Assembly: GCF_006345805.1 (NCBI RefSeq) | Contig: NC_042999.1 | Span: 166,284,001 to 166,348,000 of the forward strand | Direction: 5' to 3' | Length of the DNA: 64,000 bases | From: Octopus sinensis | Taxonomy: Eukaryota | Shown here: positions 37,111 to 50,540 of the stretch, piece by piece | Position numbering within the stretch: the first letter of the stretch is position 1 | Layout of the letters: every line of letters begins with the position of its first letter | Made by a program: the position numbers and the translations under genes | The notes under the pieces: generated by a model | Databases searched by the model: none | The model's input: only the letters and a program-made list of their open reading frames with translations | What the model was told of the DNA's origin: nothing

Positions 37111-37939
37111 GTAAGTCAGTTTTCTTCTTTGAAAACAGTCGTGGAGCAAAGTTTTGTGAAGCGCCTATTGTTAAAATCAAAATAACTTGCTTTATGTACA
37201 TAACCTTCGTGTGTATTGAGTCACAACTAATCTTTGAGTTTACATGAAATATCTGCGAGACAGATCTCTGTTGGATTAAAGACATATTTATTTTAAATTT
37301 TTCCTGTCAGTTTAGATAACCTTGTTTTAGATACGACTGTAGAATGGTGCCGAGGATAACAGCTGTTCCGTATATTATGAATGTGCAATACTCCAATGTG
37401 AGTAACACATTTCTAATGCTGGAGTAATTTCTCGCTCTGAAAATGTAGCTTAGCTTGGAACAGTTTACTGTGTTTGAATTTTGTCGACGATGTAATCTTT
37501 TTCATTGTGATAATAATGTTTATTTGTGAGAATATGTATGATTCGGTGGTGCAGTTTTTTACTTGTCCATCTGGGAAACTGTGCTGACAAATTTTATTTC
37601 ATAGTTTCTTTTTATTTTTATTTTTTATTTTATATTCTTTTACGATATCGCGTCAATTATGAAATTTGAAATCATGGAAGACAATTTCAACGAGTTAATA
37701 TTTTTTTTTTTTTTAATATTTAGCAGGGAGACCAAACTGATAGTTTAGTAACCCGCTAAAATAAGCATTAAAAATCGAAAGGAGAAAATAAATTGTTTTA
37801 CAAGTTTAATTCAGTGTTTATTGAACAAGAGAGGTGCGAAATTTAAGAAGCGACTCGTTAGAATATACATGTAAGTGAGGAGACATAAACAAGAATAGCA
37901 AAAATTTCTTCTTCTTCTTCTTCTTCCAATAAGGACGCA

Positions 37940-38403
37940 CGCCATTAGCTACAAAGAATAATTTCTAATTCGAGCCTACTCTAAGCTACTAAGAATGCGT
38001 GTGGCAACTTGAAGATCCACCCACCACACGCGATAGACTGGTGGTTGCACGGGTGCGAAAGCTACGTTGTTATCCTCATTCCGTAAACGGTGGCTTTTAA
38101 TAGGTGGAAAGCTTGAACCATCCTGGGGGTACAGAAGATTCGCAATCTAGACTAGGGTCTGAAAGTTTACCACATCTTAGTGGGTTACACCATGGTTCCT
38201 CTGCTTTGTGGCAAAAGTAGGAAGAAAGAGTGAGAGAAAGAGTGGTGAAAAAGTACAGCGGGGTTCGTACCCCGACCCCGCCGGAGCCTCGTGGAGCCTA
38301 GGTGTTTTTGCTCAATAAACACTGACAATGCCGGTCTGGGAATCGAAACCGCGCTCTTACGACCACGAATCCGCTGCCCTAACCACTGGCCATTGCGCCT
38401 CCA
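37940..38403 (-). mobile_element. SINE family C with tRNA-like head
   Basis: The - strand begins TGGAGGCGCAATGGCCAGTGGTTAGGGCAGCGG...GGTTTCGATTCCC (A and B boxes), followed by a non-tRNA body. Confidence 0.7.
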
Positions 38404-40234
38404 CTGATGTCGTCGTTGTCGGCGTTAGATGCAGTAAGACCCTGTAGCGGCGATATCGGTGGTGTCGGCGGTGATGAATTTCATTGTGTCGTAATGCGAA
38501 GAAAGCGAGCAATAGTTTTCTGGTGGCAAACGTAAGCTAGACTCCTTAATAGGGGAAAAACTCATCTATTTAAGGAAATTGCTGGATGTGTAAGATTTTT
38601 TTCCACCAAGGGAACATGTGATCCATTTGAGCGCATCTGATTGGTTGATCGGATAATTTGGCGTAATTATTTAGGGGACAAATTGCGCCTAAAAAGTAAC
38701 TAATCAGAGCAAATGATTAAAATATGATCTTTATAACTAAGTGTTCTCTGCTACGTCCAAACAACAACTATAAATAAAAGGGAGAGAGAATTTATGCTTT
38801 TGTCAATCCATTCTGGTACAGAACTCCCCAACCAGAACATTTGCGGGACGCAAATGTGCGATAATAGGAAAGATAATTGCAAAAATGGTAGGACAAAATG
38901 ATTGAACATGCTAGTACAGTTATTAGAATGCATGCCGAATTATGCAGAGCAAGAAAAAAAATACAGCATCTTACAACAAAATGTGTGAAAATTCAAACAA
39001 GGTGGAAAAATGAATGTAAGAGATTTGCATATAAATAATAAAGCATAGAAATGCATGCTTTGAACACAAATTAAATATCACATGAAAATACATAGAAAAA
39101 TGCATGATTACAAAAAACACGCGGTCATAGAAATGTTTTGAAATATATACTGTTTTTGCACAGTATTTTTAGGCCAGCAGACTTCGTGGCCATTATGTAT
39201 GGTGGTGGCATGTTCTGATTAGTAAGTTTTTAGGCGTCATTGTTTCCCCATATGATCTTTATAGCTAAGTGCTCTCTGCTACGTCCAAACAACAACTATA
39301 AATAAAAGGGAGAGAGAATAGTTTGTCATTTATGTTTTTGTCAATCTATTCTGCTGCAAGTATGTCAGGAATAGAAGCAACAAAAATAAATAGGAGTACA
39401 AGGTAATTTATTTTACACTGTCAGAAAGGAACAAGATAGTTCAACGTTTCGGATTGAGGTACTTTGCCAAGAAAAACAAAACAACCTGAAAATAAAAGAG
39501 TACAGCGGGGTTCATTAACCGTACATTCGCCTTTTACCCTTCCAATGTTTCATTTTAACGAAGGACTACAGTCCGAAACATTGAAATCTGTGTTGCTTCT
39601 TTTACAGTGTTAAATTAACTGCCTAATCATCTTACTTGTTCTTTGCTTTCATTTTCTTTTGTCTGTAAGATCTCATTATCGCCTTAACTCATATCTCAAA
39701 CCTCAAATGACCCTAGTTTGATTTCATGCTTATTATAAGCTACTAATGACGTGTGTCTGTTGTCTTTGTTACACGCTAAAAACTCGCAGTTTGATCATTA
39801 ACTTACTTATCTGAATACATTTGTGTTATATCAATGTTAGCATGCAACTAAACACTGATCGAATTGATTTGCGTTGCAGCGGTTGCCGTTTCGTTTATTT
39901 TGATAGTATGTATCAGTATTTATTTTAAACTTATTATTGTTGATGTTGATGATGAGAGGGAAGGGGAAAGAGGAGGGGTGGGAGAGGAAGAGGAGGAGGA
40001 TGCTTATTTTCCAACTCAGACAGGATCGTGCTAACCGATTAATTAAAAACATTCCAGCTATGACTATTCTGCTTTTTATGCATGTTTAATTGCTTTAAAT
40101 ATATTTGTGAATTATTCTTGTCTTCCTTACTATATTGTCTGTGTGTATTGTTGAACGTGATGGTTGGTAATGCGGTTTTGGTAGGAACTGATTTGAGTTT
40201 TTATTGTTGAGCCTTGGCTGGGTTACTTAGCTAA

Positions 40235-40451
40235 CTCTTACTCTTTTACTTGTTTCAGTCATTTGACTGCGGCCATGCTGGAGCACCGCCTTTAGTCGAG
40301 CAAATCGACCCCGGGACTTATTCTTTGTAAGCCCAGTACTTATTCTATCGGTCTCTTTTGCCGAACCGCTAAGTGACGGGGACGTAAACACACCAGCATC
40401 GGTTGTCAAGCAATGCTAGGGGGACAAACACAGACACACAAACACATACAC

Positions 40452-40535
<84 letters not shown>

Positions 40536-40687
40536 CAGTTTCCGTCTACCAAATCCACTCACAAGGCATTGGTCGGCCCAGGGCTATAGCAGAAGACACT
40601 TGCCCAAGGTACCACGCAGTGGGACTGAACCCGGAACCATGTGGTTGGTTAGCAAGCTACTTACCACACATCCACTCCTGCGCCTAT
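40235..40687 (-). mobile_element. SINE family A, full length
   Basis: Near-identical to 4991-5407. Confidence 0.9.
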
Positions 40688-42869
40688 AGGTTGGAATTAT
40701 CGTATAACTGTGTCCGGGTATGCCAGGAAGATGAGGTGTGATGTCATCTGTGTGTGAGGAGTCTGTCTGTGTGGTTTATAAAGTTATACGTGCTGGAAGT
40801 TTTTATCTTTTTGAAGCTATTGTGCATTTTCTGTATTAAATTTGTGAATATTGTAATGGTTAATCGTAGTGACCAGAATCGTATTGTGATTTGGAGAGAA
40901 CGTGATGGATGGATTTGTGATGTAAAAGATTAGCCTGAAGTGAGTCGGGAAAGCTAATTGTATTGCCACGGCATAGTACAGTTGTGCTATGGCATACTCC
41001 AGCCAATCAGTGCTGGACGCGTAGGAATGCAAAAGGCAGTTATCTGCCCTAGCAGAGAAGCGGGAATTATTAGACAGTTGTTGAACATTATTAGGCAGCA
41101 ACAGTTCTTCTTCCAACATGAAACAGTGTTTGTTCACCGCCAACTTGGAGTTATATCGGCTCTCGACTTGTCACCTCCAGAACAGCCTGAGTTCATTTAT
41201 GCTAACTTCATTCCTCGAAAGTCTGGATGATATAAGCCACAACTCTCCTTCATAATGAGCTGTATATTTTCGTTTAAGCTAGCTTCGTTCCTGTTAGATT
41301 ACAGCGGCTTCCAACCTCTAGGTACTTGTCAGCGCTCGTTCCTATTTTAATAAAGTTACACATGCTTCTCAAAAGTGCATTTGTCACAAACACTTTCATA
41401 CTTTAAATTAGTGACCACCCTCACGAAAAGCCATTCTAAAATGTTCGAGGATGTGTATACAGAAATTTGGGGCCTATATTCACTTGGATTTCGTTGGGTT
41501 TTAGAAGTGTCACGATTTCATAATAGTTTCCATATTCTGGGGAATTTGAGAGTGCCGGTAAGTGTAGATGTTGGTGATGAGAGCGATCAGAGACAGTAGG
41601 TCAGATAGCTCCACCAACATATATGATATGGAGGAAGTCACTGATTCAAGGAACGAGGGAAGGATAGAGATTATAGGCAGACAGTTTTGACATGAGATTC
41701 GAGTGCCATGTATAGTCGAAGGTTGTTGTTAGTGGCTGTCTTTATCATATTTGAGCTGCTGGAAGTGAATATGATCCGACGATAGACGGCAGAGTCGAAG
41801 AGGCTTCCGTTTTAGAAATAAACAGCAGCATGTTTATTTTTCTTGTTGATTTTTTTCTAAGTTTCGGTTTATTTCTTATTGTCATTTTATAAGATTTTGC
41901 TGGCAAATTCTTAAATTAACAGAAGCATTTATTTACATTAAAGAAAATTACAGTAGAACTTTCTTCTGTTGAGTTTTGTTTCGGTTGTGTCTAATAAAGT
42001 TAATCTTGGTTTTATGAGATTGTTGTTATTTTTGAAATGAATTTATCTATTTCTGATGTATCAGGTGTATTTTTTGTGCTGACTTATGAAATTAGGCTTA
42101 GTTGATGCATTATAATAATCATGTTAAATATATGTACTACAGTATCAAAGTTCCATTCACGGAGGGGGTTTTTTTGTCTTTTTTGTTATATTTTCATGTT
42201 TACAAAAGTGAATTTCTTCGTTGTTGAGTGAATTTATTGTGATTTAGTGAGTTAGTAAGGATAGTTTACGATATGATATGAAAGGATTTAATTTATCACC
42301 ACTAAAACGTGAATGTTCCGTCAAAACAAAAATTACAGCGGTAGTTACCATGAGAGAAACTCTCGTATTGGCTTTTGGTGCAAAAGTGCACTCTTGATAA
42401 TGTCACTAGGATGCATCGAATGGAATTTTAGTTGCGATACTATTTTTATGTTACCTTTTTTGTTATCTGTACAATTTGAAAACCAGAAGCCATCGAATGA
42501 AGTCTCCTATAAATAAAGTGGTTTGTAATATTGTTTACATGTTGTAGATGGTGTGTGTAACCAGGTGGGGCCATTTCTGAGGTCGGAAGTAATATATTTG
42601 TTGCATTAATATGCTTTGTGGTGCTGGCTTTTATTTCGAAAGCCTATATTTCTAGTACAGTGTCATTGCCTATTATTTTACTGTCGATTGTAATATTTAT
42701 ATGTCGTATGCTTCTGTCTGTCCATATTTCTGTCTGTTAACCAAGCGTATATGTTCATATTTCTGCTGGATTAAGTATGTGCCTTTATTTATATCTTCAT
42801 ATATGTGTTTGTTAGCTAAATATATGTCCTCATTTCTATTAGTCAGCAATGTGTGCGTGTGTATGTGTG

Positions 42870-42950
<81 letters not shown>

Positions 42951-43209
42951 GCGCTAACAGTAATACCTGTCGTTGATCGGATAATTACTTTTACTGTTTC
43001 TTGGGCCACCTGTTTCTCCACAAGTGAAGGGGAAGACCTATTTTCACGGTTTCTTCTGACATTTGAATAGGCTGTGTGCCCAAGGAGAATTGAAAGATTC
43101 AGTTTCGAATTTGAACTAGGATAAGACTACTACTACAGATTTAGGTTTACTCGTCCTGCATTATATAAGAGAAAAGCACGTAATAATTGAAGTAGAAAAA
43201 AGATGGATT

Positions 43210-43443
43210 TCATATACGACCTTCTGTTTGTTCTTCAAGTTGCAATCCAGCAACTTTTAGTGTTTGGCCCTGAGTTTTATTAATGCTCACGCCAAAAGAA
43301 AGTGGGAAAGGAAAGTATAACGGCTTAAATTGGAATGGGATATTAGATGATATAACTAGTGTGCGAGGAACGAAGACGGTGTCACCTTTACCACAACCAG
43401 GGATAATATTTGCCTCAGTGCAGTTCCTCATAGGTTTGTGCAC
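43210..43443 (-). mobile_element. Helitron PIF1-like helicase remnant
   Basis: GDTVFVPR..IPFQFK..FP..LSFGVSINKTQGQTLKVAGLQLEE. Confidence 0.85.
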
Positions 43444-44599
43444 AGCTAATGTTGTATCATTACATAAGCTTCCCTTGAACCATTTACTTTCATTTTAAGC
43501 GGACAGAATCTCTCTTTTATCTACTACATATGTGGAAAATCGGTATGTGTTTGTGGCGTTGTTAGCTGCCTCCTCCAACATCGTTTTATTGATTTTGATG
43601 AAACTTGACATGTGAGAAGAACGCATGTCTGGAAACCTCGTGACATACTTAGATTGTTGAAAAAAAATCGATATAAAGGGACCTTTATATCTACCTCATA
43701 TAACTAATTTTTTAAACACCCAAGGGAAATAACCCATAGCACCGGCACAATATTTTTTTAAACACTCAAGGAAAATAACCCATAACACCTGCACTTACAG
43801 CTGTTAGTTTTATCGAAGCGATCAATTTTTGATTCTCACGATCAGCGGACCTAATTTTGATTTTCACTACTCACAATTTTGAACTGCTAAACCTTATTAT
43901 TGCACTTTCTTGATGCATGTACACTTTCAATTCCCATAACTCCGGAAATTCTGCATTTTTCCAGTTAAAATTTTTCGATGATAGTACGTAAATTTTTGAT
44001 TCCAGAACGTATTTAATAAGTGTGTCCCAATACAATGAACTCATATTTTGAATGCTTAAAATTCATAAAAAATTAAACCAAACTTCCACACCACATTCAC
44101 TTAGGACACTCTATCACTTATACTTATTTTACAAATCATAATATTTATTGCTTATTTACAGTTCATGCAGCATTTTCATGAAACTAATTGAGGCATCGAA
44201 TTTAGAAATTCATTGTTTATGCTCGATTACTTTGAATAGTGATTTTTTGTGTCCAATTTCTAATTTTTGCAGACAATATCACTTTTATACTTTATTTGAC
44301 ACATGAGTAGAACCCATGTCTGGATTCCTCGTGACATACTTAGATTGTTGAAAAAATCGATAACAGGGCCCCTCCAATAGAGATCCTTCTATCTACTACA
44401 TATTACTAATATTTTATTTAAACAACCCAAGGGAAATAACCCATACCACCTGCAGTTTTTAGTGAAGCGATCAATATTTGATTCTCACAATCAGCCGACC
44501 TAATTCTGCATTTCACTACTCAGATTTGAACTGCTAAACATTTTTATTCCACAACGTATTTGTAGTGGCTTCATGCAGGCATAGCATGGATTCGATCCT

Positions 44600-44915
44600 C
44601 GATTGCCAAATTTCACTTAACACTTAAACAGCGCTTTTCTCACGATAAAACAATAGTTTTTCTGTGAATGACAGCAGTTATACATTTCCCAGATGCCTTC
44701 ATATAGCAGAATAATGTCTTTGCCACTTGACTCTTCTAACCTCGTCTAGGCCATCAGTGGCTGGAATGGAGATAACAGACCTCCAACCAAATCATTTGTT
44801 CTCAACAATATGTCTATCCTTCTGGCTGTTTTTCCAAAGTTATAAAAACAAGCACTCTGTAAGCTAAAGGCTTCCATCAGAGCGACCATCAGTGAGTGTG
44901 AACGTTATTATTGCA
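44600..44915 (-). mobile_element. RTE-like endonuclease N-terminal remnant
   Basis: Degenerate NVHTL...IDI...LDEVR-like peptide on the - strand. Confidence 0.35.
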
Positions 44916-44961
44916 CTTTCTTCATTTCATTCTTAAACATTAAACACTTCATTCATATATT

Positions 44962-45022
<61 letters not shown>

Positions 45023-45509
45023 CTTTCACAAGAATAGTTTTGACAGAGAATTCGAAGTTTTGGCCAACTAAGCTTCAAAGCTGGGTAAAGCTTCAAAGTC
45101 ACTGTCAGTACAATTCTTGCTAAAGGATAAACAAATTTGTGCTTTTTTACGATAATCAAAGTCTCCCTTGGTTTTACTAAAGAATTGTGTATATCACTGC
45201 ACAATATATTTTGCCTGTTAATTCGTAGAAATAAGTAAAGAAACCAGCTTTAAAATAAGAGTAGAACTTTATTCCAATTTGCGCATGACACTCAACTAAC
45301 CACAACACGGGGCTCAATAAGTGTCCGATAAACTCACATGATGGATATGTTATAACCAGTCACTACAGACTAGCTCGATGAACCTATAAAGCCAACTTCA
45401 TGCTTTCAAAAATGCAGTAATAGAAATTGGTCTCGCTACATACTTTGAAGTAACATTTAGATTAATTGTTTTTATTATAACTGAACAGAAAAACAATATT
45501 AATGTGTGT

Positions 45510-45550
<41 letters not shown>

Positions 45551-45713
45551 CATTTCTGTTGGTTAACAGTGTTAATGTACACAATTATTTAAGTTAACTA
45601 TGTGCATGAATTCATATTTCTATTAGTTATATGTATTGACATGTTAGCTTTTCTTCAATTTCATAAACTGAACTAACATTGTTTCTTTTCTTTTCTTTGT
45701 TGTTCTTCTGAAG

Positions 45714-45795
45714 GTCGAGCAAAAAGCATGTCTGTTGTTATATGTCAATGTGCTGTGTGCCAGAAATGTCTCCAAAGGATGGGCATATGACCTCA
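45714..45795 (+). CDS. PLA2G4A: cPLA2-like gene, C2-domain exon (VEQKACLLLYVNVLCARNVSKGWAYDL)
   Basis: Long polypyrimidine tract and AAG acceptor; 82 nt; GTAAGT donor. Aligns to human [28 protein letters not shown]. Confidence 0.9.
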
Positions 45796-46093
45796 GTAAG
45801 TTTATACACACTAACTTGAATCTTTTATTTTAGTTAATGCTGTATTAATTATTATGGGAATTATAGCTAACATAATAATTATTCTTGTACCCATAAAAAG
45901 TTGTAAAATTAATGCATCCAACATTGTGAGACATCGCCAGTTTGCCTCAGTTATTTCTGTTCTTGTCCAAGGAGACCTTATGCATTTCTGATCTTCCAGT
46001 AATGTCTGATACCTGCTTTTCTAGTGTCTACATTATTGCAATCTTTGTGCTTGCAATGCTATTCTCCGAGAATGGATATACATATACATATAC

Positions 46094-46134
<41 letters not shown>

Positions 46135-46588
46135 CATACACACACATTCATACATACATACATATATATATACACACATGCGTATGTGCACACGCATGTG
46201 TGTGTATGTGTGTGCGTGTGTGTGTGTGTGCGCGCATGCATGTGTATGTCTTTCTGTGTTTGTCCCCTCACCACCACTCCACAACCTGTGTTGAAGTGTT
46301 TGCATCCCTGTAACCTAGTAGTTTGGCAAAAGATATTGATTGAATAAGCATCAGGCTTAAGTAGAAAAGTACTAGGCTTGATTCATTTGACTAAAAATTC
46401 AAGGTGGTGCCCCAGCATGGCCGCAGTATATTGACTGAAACAAGTAAAACATATATATATATATATATATATGAGAGGTTTTGGCATCCAGAAGATCCAA
46501 AAGGCAGATAAGGCTATGTAAGTGGAAGGACCACTGTTGAACTCCTGGTTCAATGATAGTATGAGTGAGGAGTCTAAGATAACAAACT

Positions 46589-46819
46589 AAGGCAATGGGA
46601 TATTTCCAAGACATTTCTAAAGAGAAAAGTGGTCTTATAGCTGTTTCAGGGAAATAAATGATATCCCATCACCAGAGACAAGTTATAATGAACTCTACTT
46701 ATTCCTTCTATTGTAACTCTGCTAACTTGTCTCTATTGATGGGATGTCATTTATTTCCCTGAAACAGCTGTAAGACCATTTTTCTCTTTAGAAATGTCTT
46801 GGAAATATCACATTGCCTT
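46589..46819. repeat. fold-back hairpin (~95-bp arms)
   Basis: GCAATGGGATATTTCCAAGAC...CAAGTTA versus TAACTTG...GGAAATATCACATTGC, with about 6 mismatches. Confidence 0.88.
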
Positions 46820-46899
46820 GGTCTTGTTATCTTATTTTATTTAACATACACACACACATATATGTGTATGTTTCTATATACGGTGTATATATGTGTGCG

Positions 46900-46945
<46 letters not shown>

Positions 46946-46949
46946 AGAC

Positions 46950-47147
46950 AAAACGTCAACAAGAAACTATGACATTACAGCCAGCCAGGAACAGTCTTCG
47001 CTACATTTGTGGTACCTGCCAGAGGGAGTGTTTGTCCAGGATAGGACTACACAGCCACAGCAGGAAATGTATCAGGACATGAAATGTAAAAGCCAGACTG
47101 GACTATTTTATGCGCAACTCCATTGTCTCCCAAGACAAAAAGGATGC

Positions 47148-47160
<13 letters not shown>
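46950..47160 (+). mobile_element. RTE-like LINE 3' end
   Basis: CGTCQRECLSRIGLHSHSRKC zinc finger typical of RTE C-termini, then a short UTR and (CAA)n tail. Confidence 0.7.
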
Positions 47161-47181
<21 letters not shown>

Positions 47182-47689
47182 ACAAAGTGGAGTTGTAGGG
47201 TACCGCACGAGTGGAATTATATACGGAAGAAGGTTTGAAAATGCAATTTTAAAAGATGTTTATTTACTTTACCGGTTTCACTCTTTGGAAAAAGATTGTC
47301 AAAAGTAACATGTAGAAGTTTGGTTGCGTTAATTATTGGTTGTTGCAAATTGCTACATTACATATATACAGTCTTCGCATTTTCAAACCTTCTTTCATAT
47401 ATATATATATATATATAATATATATATATATATATGTATATATATGTGTATGTAATATACAAATATGTATATATACGTATATATATACATATATATATAT
47501 GTGCCAAATTGTATGTAGCACTGCATGGATGAATGAAAAGTAAAACAACACAAACGGAAATTGTAGAAACATAAGAAGCAGGAAAAGGACAACAGCAAAC
47601 AGGATCAAACAGGATACAAAGATCATTCATCATTCGCAGCCAATTGCTTCTTCAGTCAGAGTCTGGAATGTCCGTGTAGTTCACCCAAT

Positions 47690-47739
47690 CTTTGTATATA
47701 TATGTATATATATATGAGTATGTATATGTATGTCTATGC

Positions 47740-47783
<44 letters not shown>

Positions 47784-47802
47784 ATATATATTATATATAT
47801 AT

Positions 47803-47834
<32 letters not shown>

Positions 47835-47841
47835 ATATATA

Positions 47842-47872
<31 letters not shown>

Positions 47873-48095
47873 TCGGAATGATCATATTGCCAGTTTAGCC
47901 AATAAAAACACACGCACTGTATATTTGGTGTTATTTTGCTTCAGTGATATTTATTTTTTACATTAATCTTAATCTTATTTCGGCCAAAGTTCTAAAAAAT
48001 CTTGCACAACAAATATTTAAACGTATATATATATATGTATGTATGTATGTATATGTTTATGTATATGTATATATATATGTATATAAATATATATT

Positions 48096-48146
<51 letters not shown>

Positions 48147-48215
48147 GTATGTATGTATGTATGTATATATATATATATATGTATGTATGTATATATATGT
48201 ATATACGTATGTACA
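47690..48215. repeat. degenerate (TA)n/(TATG)n tract
   Basis: Direct reading. Confidence 0.9.
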
Positions 48216-48515
48216 GATGAGTGACAACCTGGCCACTGGTGGTGGTGTAACACACCATACTAATCATATCTGTCGGGCATGTGGAAGAGAGTGTGATTCG
48301 GCAGGAGGACTTAAACGACATGCAAAGGTACATGAAGCCCAGTTACAACTCCAGCCGGCTATTGTCCGGTAAAGGTTTTAGTTGCCAAATCTGTACAAGA
48401 CATTGTAGATCTTTAGCTGGGCTAAAAAGTCACATTCGATCACAGCACCAGTAACAGTTCAGCTTCGTGCAATGGCCATACTCGATAACGAGGGGGCAGC
48501 CATAATAATAATAAT
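48216..48515 (+). mobile_element. RTE-like LINE 3' end with two C2H2-type fingers (frameshifted)
   Basis: CRACGRECDSAGGLKRHAKVH and, after a 1-nt shift, CQICTRHCRSLAGLKSHIRSQH*; short UTR and (TAA)n tail. Confidence 0.6.
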
Positions 48516-48542
48516 ATATGTATGTATATATATATGTTTGTG

Positions 48543-48587
<45 letters not shown>

Positions 48588-49439
48588 ATATACAATTTAA
48601 AAATAGGATAAAATCTTTATAAGAATTTATCAAGTAGTTAGTGTGAAAAACCTCATAAAAGAAAAATACACCAATTTTTTCTCTTAAATATATTTATTTA
48701 TATTATATAGAGGGCATTGTTATACATAAATGCCACACTAGGAGGGACTCTTAAAGTCAAAACTACCAAAATAAATAGACACATTGTACCGAATGCGAGG
48801 GAATGCAACTCTCAATGCAAGACATTTAAAAACAGAATTCAGCTGCAAATCACATGATTTCATAATTAGTGCAGAAATGCACTTTTTAATCATCAGTGCC
48901 AGCATAATTTAAGATTTATAACGAATGAACAAACCTCAACATACCAGATGAACAACCAATGTATCCAACGTAGCATATAGAAATGTATATATATATATGT
49001 ATGTATATATATATATGTATGTATATATATATATATATATATATATGTACGTATATATATGTATGTCTAAAAATAATAGTAGGGAATATAATTCCAAAAC
49101 GTACAGGGAAAAATTCAATTTAACAGTTTTAAATCAAATTTCACAATATATATGTATATAATTTAGATAAAAACCTCTATAAAACAATTCAATAAAGAAA
49201 GATATTATTCACACCATATAGAAAACATATACTATAAAAAAACCTTATTTTAACAGTCAATAAAGTACAATAAATAGTAAATAGTAGTAAAAAGACTACG
49301 CACATTTCATGGCTATATTTTCAAATCGATAATAATAATAAAATCAATTTGATTTAAAATTAAATCGAACTACAATTAATATACTCCTCCTCCTCCTTCC
49401 CTTAGTGTTCACATTATTCTGCCAAAATTAATGCTTCTT

Positions 49440-49619
49440 CGTCCACATTGTTTTGAACTAATCATTCATTAATCTTGTAGCTATGAGATTTTGATGAGGT
49501 AGCTGTTAATTTTTAAAACGATATTGTAGGGTTGGTGTGAGAGACCAGATCTGGCCAGTTTGAACATAAAGCAGGCAGAATACTTTTGGCCGGATATGGC
49601 CGGTTTAAATGCTAAAGGG
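49440..49619. mobile_element. left-truncated copy of the piggyBac-type MITE
   Basis: Shares TTTTGGCCGGATATGGCC..TTTAAAT.CTAAAGGG|TTAA with 60879-61097. Confidence 0.65.
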
Positions 49620-50262
49620 TTAATCATCATCATCATCATCATAATTTTTCCAGTGTTACTGCTTTCAAGGGCAAACTTTTTCCATTCTTCAGCAAATATT
49701 TTCAGATAAATTAACTAGACTGTTCAAGGGTTATGAACCTTGACCACAGATACAATACTGTATTTGTGACGCTCAACTGTCCTCCCAGATATGGAGTACT
49801 GAACCTATCTGAAGCAACCATATTATTGTGGAGCATTCTCAGAGACCACCTCAGAAAGGGGAAAATGTTTATTTAAAAATTTTTTTATAGTCATTTCAAT
49901 TCCAATAATATGAAGAATATTGTGTCTAAAAGTCCTGCAGAAATAATTAAATTCCAAAGACGTAAGCATATTTAAATTGTGTATAATGAAAAAAATAATA
50001 TCACTATAATAATAGATGCAACTGATATGATGAGATAGAGGCAAGCAAATATCTGATAGACTAAATACCAGGGCTACCAGTATACCAGGGCTGCCACAAT
50101 AAAACGATTGCATTTGCAGACACTGTAACCATACATAACATATTGTCAATAACAACCATTCTTAAGCTGGTACACACTAACAAAAGGAGGAACCAGTTAT
50201 ACTGCAAAAGGACACACACACACACAAAAACAGTAAATAAATAAAATAATAATGATAATAAT

Positions 50263-50302
<40 letters not shown>

Positions 50303-50305
50303 GTA

Positions 50306-50336
<31 letters not shown>

Positions 50337-50338
50337 TA

Positions 50339-50500
50339 GGGGCTGCAATAAGGGTGGAGCACTTGCAGAAAACAGCACTGCTTGGAACTGCTCAAATACT
50401 CTGGATGGTGCTCGAAAAATAAGGAGTGTTACCTTAGTTCACTGGTTGTGGACAGCTGGCACTGTAGTGCATCTCCAGTGTTAGAAGCTGTATAAAGACA
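50339..50500 (+). mobile_element. short 3' end of a second R4/Dong-like family
   Basis: Translates to GAAIRVEHLQKTALLGTAQILWMVLEK*, homologous to the C-terminus of the 50559 ORF; sits between (AAT)n tracts. Confidence 0.7.
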
Positions 50501-50504
50501 ATAG

Positions 50505-50539
<35 letters not shown>

Positions 50540-50540
<1 letters not shown>

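Noticed and set aside
38330-38403. tRNA gene candidates (also the heads of SINE family A)
   Set aside because: A and B boxes are present but there is no complete cloverleaf, and each continues into a repeated SINE body.
48216-48450. Host C2H2 zinc-finger gene
   Set aside because: It is frameshifted, lacks TGEKP linkers and ends in a LINE-type UTR and tail.
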